64,000 nucleotides of DNA from a virus, in the IMG/VR virus record IMGVR_UViG_3300020200_000015, positions 18,961 through 82,960 of that record; one strand, written 5' to 3'. The notes beneath the pieces were generated by a model. It was not told where the DNA came from. It made no database searches and saw only the letters and a program-made list of their open reading frames with translations. Numbering within the stretch: position 1 is the stretch's first letter; each line of letters opens with the position of its first letter. Positions 55,980 through 63,815 of the stretch are shown in pieces. The translations under genes and the position numbers were made by a program.

Positions 55980-56275
55980 CGTCGCTGTCCTTTGTTGGTG
56001 CGCCGCACCATATGCGGCACTAGGTATATTAGCAGTTTGCGCCTTCAACTTAAGGGCAAAATAACATTCATCCCCGCCGCTGAATGAATGACTTCAGCCC
56101 CTGAGCGCTGAATGAATGAATTCAGTCAGTCATCACCTGAGCGCTGAATGAATGAATTCAGTCAATCAGTCACTCGCTCATTCAACCATCTGGTCTGGCT
56201 GAACGAATGAACGAATGAATTCCAGAACTCAGCTGCTACGCGCACGCGCATAACTGAACTACTGAAACATCAATG

Positions 56276-56465
56276 CGCGCATAACTGAACTGAACCAGAT
56301 AGCCACTCAATCAGATTCAACCTGTCACGCGCATAACTGAACTGAGCCAGATAGCCAATCAATCAGATTCAACCTGTCACGCGCATAACTGAACTGAGCC
56401 AGATAGCCAATCAATCAGATTCAACCTGTCACGCGCATAACTGAACTGAGCCAGATAGCCAATCA
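56276..56465. repeat. 52-bp tandem repeat, about 3.6 copies
   Basis: Units start at 56276, 56328, 56380 and 56432; each begins CGCGCATAACTGAACTGA. Confidence 0.9.
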
Positions 56466-57571
56466 TTTCCTCTGACCACGGTGCGCGCATAACCGAATCC
56501 ACCGGAGAGAGATAAATACTTTGATGATTAAGAGCGAGAACTAAGTGATCCTCAGGTTTATATCGATCCCCCACCGGATCGATAAGCCCATAGCTCCTAT
56601 CTTGATGATTAAGAGCCAATCCAGGCCCAGATCCCCAAGATGATTGAGTTCATGAGCTTTTATATGTTTTGCCACCGGATCGATAAAAGCCTGCTCTTAT
56701 CTTGACGGATTGACTATTACCCACACACAACAAAGAGCGGGTTCTCAGTCACAACCCGTGAATGAATGACTTCATGATATCCGTCAGGGTATTTATGAGT
56801 TTCGCCACCGGATCGATAAAGCCTACCCATTTTCAAGGCTAAATGATGAAAGTTAGACCATTCTCATCATAAATAGCCTCTCAGTCCACATTTTCTGGCT
56901 AAATGATGAGCCATGGAGTAGTCTGACTGTCAGATTGTGGGTGTACGAGCACCCCCTCAGACAATCCTCAGAGTACTCTCAACCCCCTCATCGCCCCCAT
57001 CCATCACCCTCCCCGCATCTCACCCCATTCCCGCACTTCTCTCACACTACCATCATGGGCTTCTCTCCCCCTTCGTCTCATCTACACTACCATTCCTATC
57101 ACCCTACTACTCATATCCTAGTAGTTCAGCTACTAGCGTGACTCTCTCCTGCTATCAGTTGTTCATCGACCAGCTTCATCTACAACTGACTGATCACTAC
57201 TAGCGGTCATCCGTACTCATTTACAAATGCCACTGATCAGCGTAAAGGCTTCTTGATGATGTGTCAGTCATCATCACTGAGATTTCCCAAACGGGAAGTT
57301 CAGAGGATTTCTCAGGCTTCAAACTTGAGTCACATTTACTATCCTTCATCTTTCAAAAGCCATTCACGGCTGTATTTTTGCCTTGTGGGTTTACTACCAC
57401 CCTTTTATTTCTTTGCAATCTCAACGCCTTCACCGTTGTAATCAGTACGCTTGAGTATGCACCGGTAAATACTAGCTAGGGTACGCAAGCTCATGATCCA
57501 GTCCTTTGTCTCACAGTGATCATGAATCTTTGATATCCTCCCGAAGAACTGGACTGCGTGGTAATCACTCA

Positions 57572-57871
57572 TCAGCGACCAACTCCCGGATCGATAAAGC
57601 CTACCCATTCCAAGGTAAGCCTGAGATACTGGTCATCACCGACGACCAAATAGAGCTTGTACGCGGAGTGGACGAGCGAGAAGCTCATCACAGCCAACCC
57701 GCCCATGTGTACGAAGAGCTTGCCGCTGTCCGTGATAAGAAGCGATGCGTGATCGCACAACAGATTGAGCGGGTCATGCGGCGTACCAGCACCGCTACGC
57801 TTGATGTTGCTAACCTGGCTGTCGTCGAAACCAGCCGCGACAAGCCTCTGACGAATTGTGTATTCAGCCAT
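57572..57871 (-). CDS. Hypothetical protein
   Basis: GGAGG RBS. Confidence 0.6.
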   Translation of the reverse strand: MAEYTIRQRLVAAGFDDSQVSNIKRSGAGTPHDPLNLLCDHASLLITDSGKLFVHMGGLAVMSFSLVHSAYKLYLVVGDDQYLRLTLEWVGFIDPGVGR

Positions 57872-57885
57872 AGCTTTACCTCCGA

Positions 57886-58233
57886 TTAGATGAGTGTGCT
57901 GATGTTGTCAAGGATGCCCATGCCCTTGGCGAACAGCTTGTCCTTCTGAGCGTAGCGCACAATCTCAGAGCGCATACCCTTCTTGGGCAGTTGGTCGAAC
58001 GGCAGAAGCACATCCACGTGCTCGCCGTTGATGGTGCCGTGGCAATAGCTCACATCCCACAGCGGGAAGCCTGGGTCGCTGAGCAAGCGCAGGCGGGTGA
58101 TGCGGAGGCCAGGCTCCGTCCAGTCAACCGTGCGCGCACCAGCGCGCTCCTCATGGTACTTGCTGCCATTGCTGAGACCGTTGGTCTCTTTGGCACCGTA
58201 GTAGTCGAACGTGCCGTGCTTGATCTCGGACAT
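57886..58233 (-). CDS. Conserved phage hypothetical protein
   Basis: RITRLRLLSDPGFP.WDVSYCHG; strong codon bias. Confidence 0.7.
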   Translation of the reverse strand: MSEIKHGTFDYYGAKETNGLSNGSKYHEERAGARTVDWTEPGLRITRLRLLSDPGFPLWDVSYCHGTINGEHVDVLLPFDQLPKKGMRSEIVRYAQKDKLFAKGMGILDNISTLI

Positions 58234-58240
58234 GATTGCC

Positions 58241-58789
58241 TTACCGGTCGTTCTCAGAGTCGATCTTCATCTCGACGATTGGGAATGCATCAAGCAACTC
58301 GGCAGGCAGTTGGGCCTTGCAATCTTCTGAGCTTGCAGGAATCTCAATATCAAAGGCGTGCCCGCCACAGCCATCATTGACATAGCCGCCAGCCAAGTCC
58401 ATCCCCGGTTCGTACCAGTAGGCACTGACATCGAATCCAAGACGAATCAGGGCATGGTAGATCATGATTGGCGGCGACCATGCGGTGAGGAACCTGCCGT
58501 CGATGCTGCTCTCAGTACCAGCTTCGTTGAGCAAAAAAGTGCCATCAGTGGGACCAACGTCCCACTTGGTACCCCAGTGCTCGAGTCGCCAGTCATACCA
58601 GCTCTCATAGCCGGTGTCCTTCTTGCGCTGCTCGTTGCGAGGATCACCAAAAGGGTAGTTATCAAGCAACTCGGCAGGCGTCGGCTTGATGTTGTGAAAC
58701 AGCTTGCCGGCACTGAACCAGTCAGCAAGCTGCCGCAACTCGGTCAGGGGACCACGGATCGTGACTTTGTTGTCGCACCAGTTAGGCAT
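58241..58789 (-). CDS. YubB/DUF1281-like ferredoxin-fold protein
   Basis: MPNWC.N, WYDWR..HWGTKWD, F.TAWSPP and YEPG; AGGAC RBS. Confidence 0.75.
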   Translation of the reverse strand: MPNWCDNKVTIRGPLTELRQLADWFSAGKLFHNIKPTPAELLDNYPFGDPRNEQRKKDTGYESWYDWRLEHWGTKWDVGPTDGTFLLNEAGTESSIDGRFLTAWSPPIMIYHALIRLGFDVSAYWYEPGMDLAGGYVNDGCGGHAFDIEIPASSEDCKAQLPAELLDAFPIVEMKIDSENDR

Positions 58790-58837
58790 GATTATTGTCC
58801 TACTTGAGTTATCATACGGGTAAAGGTCGCGTTGCAA

Positions 58838-59005
58838 TCAGGGTATAATCTGGCACTCCTTGTGGCCCATCTCCTCGCACCACATGTTGAAACACATCTT
58901 GCAGTACCCGGCGTATGTCTGGGACCAGGAACTGAGACCGCACTCCTTGCACTTCAACGGACCATCGACCTTCTCGTCGCGGATGAAAGGGAAGATGATC
59001 GACAT
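58838..59005 (-). CDS. Small Cys-rich (Zn-finger-like) protein
   Basis: CKEC...CKMC; start uncertain. Confidence 0.45.
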   Translation of the reverse strand: MSIIFPFIRDEKVDGPLKCKECGLSSWSQTYAGYCKMCFNMWCEEMGHKECQIIP

Positions 59006-59046
59006 GGCCGATTGTGGCGGCACTTTGAGTTTGTGATGCATTCTCA

Positions 59047-59172
59047 TCAGTAGGGCGTGGTGAAGTAACCCAGGAGGATGCGGTAGAAGAGCCAACCGGC
59101 GATGAGGCTGGTGGCGATGAAGGTAACGGCCCAAAGGGCCGTGTTGAAACGATTAGCTTGCTCGGGGTTCAT
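59047..59172 (-). CDS. 41-aa single-TM peptide
   Basis: Not in the ORF track: MNPEQANRFNTALWAVTFIATSLIAGWLFYRILLGYFTTPY; ATGA overlap with the upstream gene. Confidence 0.55.
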   Translation of the reverse strand: MNPEQANRFNTALWAVTFIATSLIAGWLFYRILLGYFTTPY

Positions 59173-59420
59173 TGCGCCTGCCCCCAGTAGGTGTTGAGCC
59201 GCTGCGCGACCAGCCGCTGCTCCCACTCATCGTCGGTCGCCGCGTTGGCGTTGACATACGCCAGCGCAGCGGCGGCGTTGAGGAGCGGCACCTGCTGCGC
59301 GTTGCGAATCGCCCAAACCAACTCGGCGTCGGTGAGGGGCAGCGGCTTTGAAGCCGGCAACGTGGCGCGCACGCGACTGGCGTAAAGAAGTTCTCCGGGC
59401 TTGCTGTCGTTGAGGAACAT
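59169..59420 (-). CDS. Hypothetical protein driven by a class II cassette
   Basis: AAGG RBS after the hairpin. Confidence 0.6.
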   Translation of the reverse strand: MFLNDSKPGELLYASRVRATLPASKPLPLTDAELVWAIRNAQQVPLLNAAAALAYVNANAATDDEWEQRLVAQRLNTYWGQAQ

Positions 59421-59427
59421 TGGCTAC

Positions 59428-59505
59428 CTTGTTGTTGATTTTGTGCCGCACCTTGCGGCACACCACCATTTTACCGTGAGGCATGGCAGCGTCAACTACC
59501 ATGCC
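59428..59505 (-). promoter_or_regulatory. Class II promoter-hairpin cassette, copy 1
   Basis: TTGACG-N16-TAAAAT; the -35 is flanked by GGCATGG-N12-CCATGCC; hairpin GTGCCGCA-AGG-TGCGGCAC. Confidence 0.75.
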
Positions 59506-59537
59506 CACGAAATAGCAATATTCATAACTCATATCAG

Positions 59538-59843
59538 CTAGTCGCTCGAGTCAATAACGCGCACAGTTGAACAAACTGTGCACATCATCTCTTCGATGCA
59601 TCTACCGAGCTTTCGGAGATGAATGAATTTGTGATCCTCACAAGCATCCTTGTGACGGAAGCCATGGCCGTCGCACGACGGGCACAGCGCCCTGAAGTGA
59701 AGTCCAGGGCCGTACTGATCGAGCTTCAGGTTGTAGCTGCCGTGACCTTCACATCTCCCGCAAATCACGAAGTCCGGCGGCTTGTCGTACTGCTTAGTAA
59801 TGCCCTCGAATCTCCGAGGATGGTTTGCGGTGATTTCAGGCAT
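59538..59843 (-). CDS. DnaJ-type Zn-finger small protein
   Basis: CGRCEGHG and CPSCDGHG. Confidence 0.6.
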   Translation of the reverse strand: MPEITANHPRRFEGITKQYDKPPDFVICGRCEGHGSYNLKLDQYGPGLHFRALCPSCDGHGFRHKDACEDHKFIHLRKLGRCIEEMMCTVCSTVRVIDSSD

Positions 59844-59844
59844 C

Positions 59845-60117
59845 TTAAGACTCAGGGGTTTGAACGATCACTTTGATGCGACCGCGCTTCGTGCGCTTCT
59901 TGACCTTCACGACCCTTCCACCCTTTGCAGGCTTCACGGGATCGTAGCGCCTCGATAGTCCCATTGCGCGGCGCACGGCTGAGAGTGAGTAGCCTGTGAT
60001 TCGAACAGTATCACGCAAGCCGAGGATGCTGTAGCACAGGCGAATGACTTGACGCAGCGCAGGCGTGACATTCATGCCGCGCTGTTGTTCAACTCGAGAA
60101 CGTTTCTTACGAGCCAT
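59845..60117 (-). CDS. Basic HTH-like small protein (start MARKKR)
   Basis: GAGG RBS; LRDTVRITGYSLSAVRR helix-turn-helix pattern. Confidence 0.5.
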   Translation of the reverse strand: MARKKRSRVEQQRGMNVTPALRQVIRLCYSILGLRDTVRITGYSLSAVRRAMGLSRRYDPVKPAKGGRVVKVKKRTKRGRIKVIVQTPES

Positions 60118-60247
60118 AACTGACCTCTTTGTTGAAGAACACACCAACTTTGGCGCACTCGTTTTCAAAACACTGATCACAGATGCGGACGAAAGTTGTC
60201 TTGATCGCCCGCCCACAGATCTGACAGACAATTACTTCACCTGCCAT
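60107..60247 (-). CDS. 46-aa Zn-finger-like protein
   Basis: Not in the ORF track: MAGEVIVCQICG...ICDQCF. Confidence 0.45.
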   Translation of the reverse strand: MAGEVIVCQICGRAIKTTFVRICDQCFENECAKVGVFFNKEVSYGS

Positions 60248-60328
60248 ACTTTTTCCGAGAAAAGGGTATTGGTTTGATTGTTGATTGGCCAGCCCGTATG
60301 ATTACATACGCGGCGGGCGGGTTCTGAG

Positions 60329-60730
60329 CTACACGACCACACACTTGAGAGCGCCGGCAAGCTGACGACCCCACCAACTCGCAGCATTGCTGCCGTTGAT
60401 GCGGCGGCCCTTGTCAAACAGGTACTGATCTGCCGCGTCGATTTGCACCGTAAACGGCACCTCGACCAACCCGTGCAAGCAATGGTTGCGCTTCATACGC
60501 TGGTCGCAGGGCTGGCCCTCAGCGATGCAGCGCACCTCGAGCTTGGTGGTTACGAGCGGCAGGCTGGCAACCTGATGAAACAGGTGCCAAGCCTCGTCGC
60601 TTGCCTGCTGAACCAGCAGGTTCTGAAAGAGCGTGCTAACCGCCGTGAGATGTGGCAGCGCACTCCGGTGCTGGTTTGCCAGCATGATGGTACGCATCGT
60701 GTTGATGCTACGTTGCTTTAGTGAGACCAT
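60329..60730 (-). CDS. Hypothetical protein driven by a class II cassette
   Basis: AAAGGCAACAAATG after the hairpin. Confidence 0.6.
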   Translation of the reverse strand: MVSLKQRSINTMRTIMLANQHRSALPHLTAVSTLFQNLLVQQASDEAWHLFHQVASLPLVTTKLEVRCIAEGQPCDQRMKRNHCLHGLVEVPFTVQIDAADQYLFDKGRRINGSNAASWWGRQLAGALKCVVV

Positions 60731-60734
60731 TTGT

Positions 60735-60810
60735 TGCCTTTGAGATATGCCGCACCTTGCGGCACACCACCATTTTACCGTGAGGCATGGCGATGTCCAA
60801 CACCATGCCG
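60735..60810 (-). promoter_or_regulatory. Class II promoter-hairpin cassette, copy 2
   Basis: Repeat of 59428-59505. Confidence 0.75.
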
Positions 60811-61035
60811 ACAAAACGGCAACATTCATTTCTCAGAGAAAACTGTGCCAAGCCAATTCATGAATTCACCTGGCCAAATCATGCGCTGAATGGCTGTTTC
60901 AGGCGCTGAATTGCTCATCGCCTATTTGCGGTGCTATTGTGCTGCCCTACCTACTACACTAGCAAACCATTTCATGCGCTTTGAGGGCCATTCACCGCGA
61001 CGGGTTTTAGCTCAAAGTGCCTACGGCAGCGGCAA

Positions 61036-61296
61036 CTAGGTGTCTAGAATTTCTTCAATGTGACTACGCTTGGCTTGATACATCACGGCAGGAGTTCCCT
61101 TTCCACACCACGCACCAACCACATTGAACTCAATCCACTCAGCCGCTCCCTCTTCACTCATTCCTTCATTCATGAAATGCTTTAGTAGCATCTCATAATC
61201 ATAAATCACAACTGGCGGCTCACCACAACGCTGGTGAAATCCAACAATGGCTTGGTCAGCGCCGTCAATGAATAGCGTCTGCTCAGTCATGGCCAT
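61036..61296 (-). CDS. Conserved phage hypothetical protein
   Basis: DG.D.AIVG...YDY...EW.EFN..GA..G..TP. Confidence 0.7.
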   Translation of the reverse strand: MAMTEQTLFIDGADQAIVGFHQRCGEPPVVIYDYEMLLKHFMNEGMSEEGAAEWIEFNVVGAWCGKGTPAVMYQAKRSHIEEILDT

Positions 61297-61544
61297 TCAG
61301 GGTAGATCAGAACGCCACTACCATCGCCGCTGAGCACTTCGACGGCATTGACTCGAGGTTGCTTGGCGATGACCTCAGCAATCACGTGAATTGGCAGGTG
61401 CATATTCACGCTGCAAATAGCCTCTAAATCAGAGTTGTCGTATGTGTCACGTAAAACCGATTCAGCGCGCCAAACGCGAATAGTCTTTTCAAGGACAGAG
61501 AGCTTAGTCATGCTCTCGATAACTCTAATCTTCTTAGTAGGCAT
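61287..61544 (-). CDS. Hypothetical protein
   Basis: ORF overlapping its neighbour. Confidence 0.55.
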   Translation of the reverse strand: MPTKKIRVIESMTKLSVLEKTIRVWRAESVLRDTYDNSDLEAICSVNMHLPIHVIAEVIAKQPRVNAVEVLSGDGSGVLIYPEWP

Positions 61545-61777
61545 AGGAAAGAAGGGCCAGCCGTCGAGGGTTGCTGGGAAGGGGCGTGGGTCAAACGATG
61601 GTCATATCGTTCACACGACGGCTGGCCCGGTGTGCCTAACTACGAATACTGTGTCCAGTGACACGAGTAAGTTGCGCCACTCACTACTAGCTGGCGCAGG
61701 ATATGAAAATGCCAGCCGACGGCTATGAACATGATGCACAAGAAACCCCTCTGGTGCAACCGTCGGCTGGCAAAGTG

Positions 61778-61993
61778 TTACTTTGTGAGAGCGAGCAGTT
61801 GATTGCGGAACCGCTCTGCCCCCGCCATAGCCCCTTGTACAAGACTCACCTCGACTGAACCAGTCTCCCTGGCCATGCCGAGGAGAAAGTCGATGTAGTT
61901 AGCTTGAACGTCGGCCTTGCCGTCGTTCAACTGTCGCAACTGGTCCCTGACTTCTTGAGCGTCGGCAACCAGCTTGGCCGTATTGAACTTCAT
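61778..61993 (-). CDS. Hypothetical protein
   Basis: ORF with a purine-rich RBS. Confidence 0.55.
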   Translation of the reverse strand: MKFNTAKLVADAQEVRDQLRQLNDGKADVQANYIDFLLGMARETGSVEVSLVQGAMAGAERFRNQLLALTK

Positions 61994-62199
61994 AGCTCTT
62001 CTTTCCTATTGGTGTGGTGAGAACGATCGATCTTTCGAACCTCTCTGAACCGGAACTCAAGGCAGTTGTCGCCCTCGTAGTTGTCAAGAGTCACATCGCG
62101 CAGCACAATGGTGCTCTCGTGAACAGCTACTACATAGCCTGCGATGTCTTGACCAATCACTTTGGCGTAATCACCAACTCTCCAGTTGACGTTGCTCAT
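61990..62199 (-). CDS. Small SH3/KOW-like hypothetical protein (start MSNVNW)
   Basis: GAGG RBS; WRVGDYAKV...G.VV. Confidence 0.5.
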   Translation of the reverse strand: MSNVNWRVGDYAKVIGQDIAGYVVAVHESTIVLRDVTLDNYEGDNCLEFRFREVRKIDRSHHTNRKEEL

Positions 62200-62251
62200 A
62201 CTGCCTCGCGGTTCAGGTAGCTTCGAATGCCGGGCTTTCGCCCGGCTGCTG

Positions 62252-62725
62252 TCACTTGGCGACCGTGATCTTGCCTGCGCTGAAGGTGTTGGCCTTCCAG
62301 GTGCCATCGGTCTGCGGCATCAAGATTACCGCACCCGCGTCGCACAGGCAGATGTGAGCGCGCAGCGGCGACCCCTCGCGGCCGAGCCAACCAACGTCGT
62401 GACTCGCCGTCGTGACGGTGGCATTGATCGGCAGCGTGAAGGTGTAGCGCACGCCATCGACCGTGAGATCGGTGGGCACATTGGCGACAGCGATGACGCG
62501 CTGACGCTTCTTCTCCGGCTTCGCCAGCGACAGCTTCAGCGGCTGCGCAGTCGAACCGGCGACAGGCGCGTCAGCGGGCGCGGCAGGCGCGGCCTTGACG
62601 ACCTCAGCCTTGACCGCCTCAGCCTTGGGCTGCTCGGTCTTGGGCATATCGATCTTAGGCAGAACGCCGTCGGTCATCTTCTTCGGATTGGGATTGTTCT
62701 TCGTCTGGGACATTTTCTTCTCCAT
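62252..62725 (-). CDS. Hypothetical protein with Ala/Pro/Lys-rich N-terminus
   Basis: Strong codon bias; has its own TATAAT promoter and CCGCA-N3-TGCGG hairpin at about 62738-62795. Confidence 0.7.
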   Translation of the reverse strand: MEKKMSQTKNNPNPKKMTDGVLPKIDMPKTEQPKAEAVKAEVVKAAPAAPADAPVAGSTAQPLKLSLAKPEKKRQRVIAVANVPTDLTVDGVRYTFTLPINATVTTASHDVGWLGREGSPLRAHICLCDAGAVILMPQTDGTWKANTFSAGKITVAK

Positions 62726-62812
62726 TGCTACGGATTATACACCGCAACGTGCGGTGCGCGGATACATTATACACTGAGAACTACAAATGCAAGCAGTTCA
62801 TCCAACTTTTTG

Positions 62813-63049
62813 CTAACTCCGTGCGGGCAAGGCTCGAATCTGAGACAGAACCTTCGCCACGCCATTGAAGTCGAGTCCTCCGATCACATCGCTGGTGATG
62901 GGAGTGTCGTATGAGATTCGACCATCGACGAGGACAGCCACTTCAAAGAGGCCGCCACTCGCGTCGAGTATCATGTCATTGCTGATGATGCTCGCACCGT
63001 ACCCGTTCGGATAATCGATGATGCGGTGATACTTGTTTTCAGTTTCCAT
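62813..63049 (-). CDS. Conserved phage hypothetical protein
   Basis: NGYGASII...LFEVAVL...YDTPITSDVIG. Confidence 0.7.
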   Translation of the reverse strand: METENKYHRIIDYPNGYGASIISNDMILDASGGLFEVAVLVDGRISYDTPITSDVIGGLDFNGVAKVLSQIRALPARS

Positions 63050-63100
63050 TGCAGTTGCTCTCAAGTCAGAGACTACCACGCCCGCAAAACAGAGCGTGAT

Positions 63101-63200
63101 AAAAAACCCCGGCCACCCGTGAGGGTGACCGGGGCCATGGCAACAACAACAACGAAGCTACGCCTGACACTCCAAGTACCAGGCGCGGCCACTTATGCTT
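63101..63200 (-). ncRNA. Candidate small RNA of about 100 nt
   Basis: Promoter TTGCAA-N16-TATAAT at 63206-63233; internal hairpin; GUU-repeat linker; terminator CCCCGGTCACCC/GGGTGGCCGGGG plus U6; no ORF with its own start. Confidence 0.65.
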
Positions 63201-63338
63201 TGCCCATTATAGCGTGAGCGCCGCTTTTTGCAAGCTACATAGCAACAAACTTTGCCATGAGATAGCCTGCAATCATTCCAACCAGCAACGATAAAGCTGA
63301 CATTGATGCGACGGCGGCAGCCGCCATCCCATCCTCCC

Positions 63339-63815
63339 TCATTTCTGGAACGCACTCGCCATCCTCTGAATGGTTGCAAGTGTGACACCGTGAATGTTTC
63401 TGCTGTGACATCTGTTGACACTCTCGTAGTCAAACGACCCTACGACTTCTTCACGAACATCGTACCCACTCTGCTCGGCAAACTTCACGTAATCCGCGAA
63501 GTGCTGTCGCATGATGTTCGTGTTATCGAGTACGATAACGTGGATACCATCACGCATCGCATCGAACGTGCGACGCTTATTCCACTCGTGCGCGTGCTGA
63601 AGCATCGCGCCATCAAACACGTACTTACCATTCTGGTAGAAGTACTCATCGGTCGAGAAGACTTCGCAGCTCAAGCCGAGCTGCTCAGTCTCGCGCCGGA
63701 TCAAATCAGCCAGCGTAGACTTGCCCGAACCGGGCAAGCCACGCATGACGATGAACAGATTGTTCTTCTTGTCAAGCAGTTGCCACCGTCCACTTCGAAG
63801 GCGCTTCGCATTCAT
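63339..63815 (-). CDS. AAA_33 / N4BP2-like P-loop kinase
   Basis: MRGLPGSGKST, STD.YF, AH.W, DNTN and RN.HGV. Confidence 0.85.
   Translation of the reverse strand: MNAKRLRSGRWQLLDKKNNLFIVMRGLPGSGKSTLADLIRRETEQLGLSCEVFSTDEYFYQNGKYVFDGAMLQHAHEWNKRRTFDAMRDGIHVIVLDNTNIMRQHFADYVKFAEQSGYDVREEVVGSFDYESVNRCHSRNIHGVTLATIQRMASAFQK

Noticed and set aside
56377-57479. Short ORFs in the repeat/skewed region
   Set aside because: They are low-complexity or repeat-derived translations with no coding signal.
63240-63258. Sigma54-like TGGCA...TTGCT
   Set aside because: The GG-to-GC spacing is off by one base.
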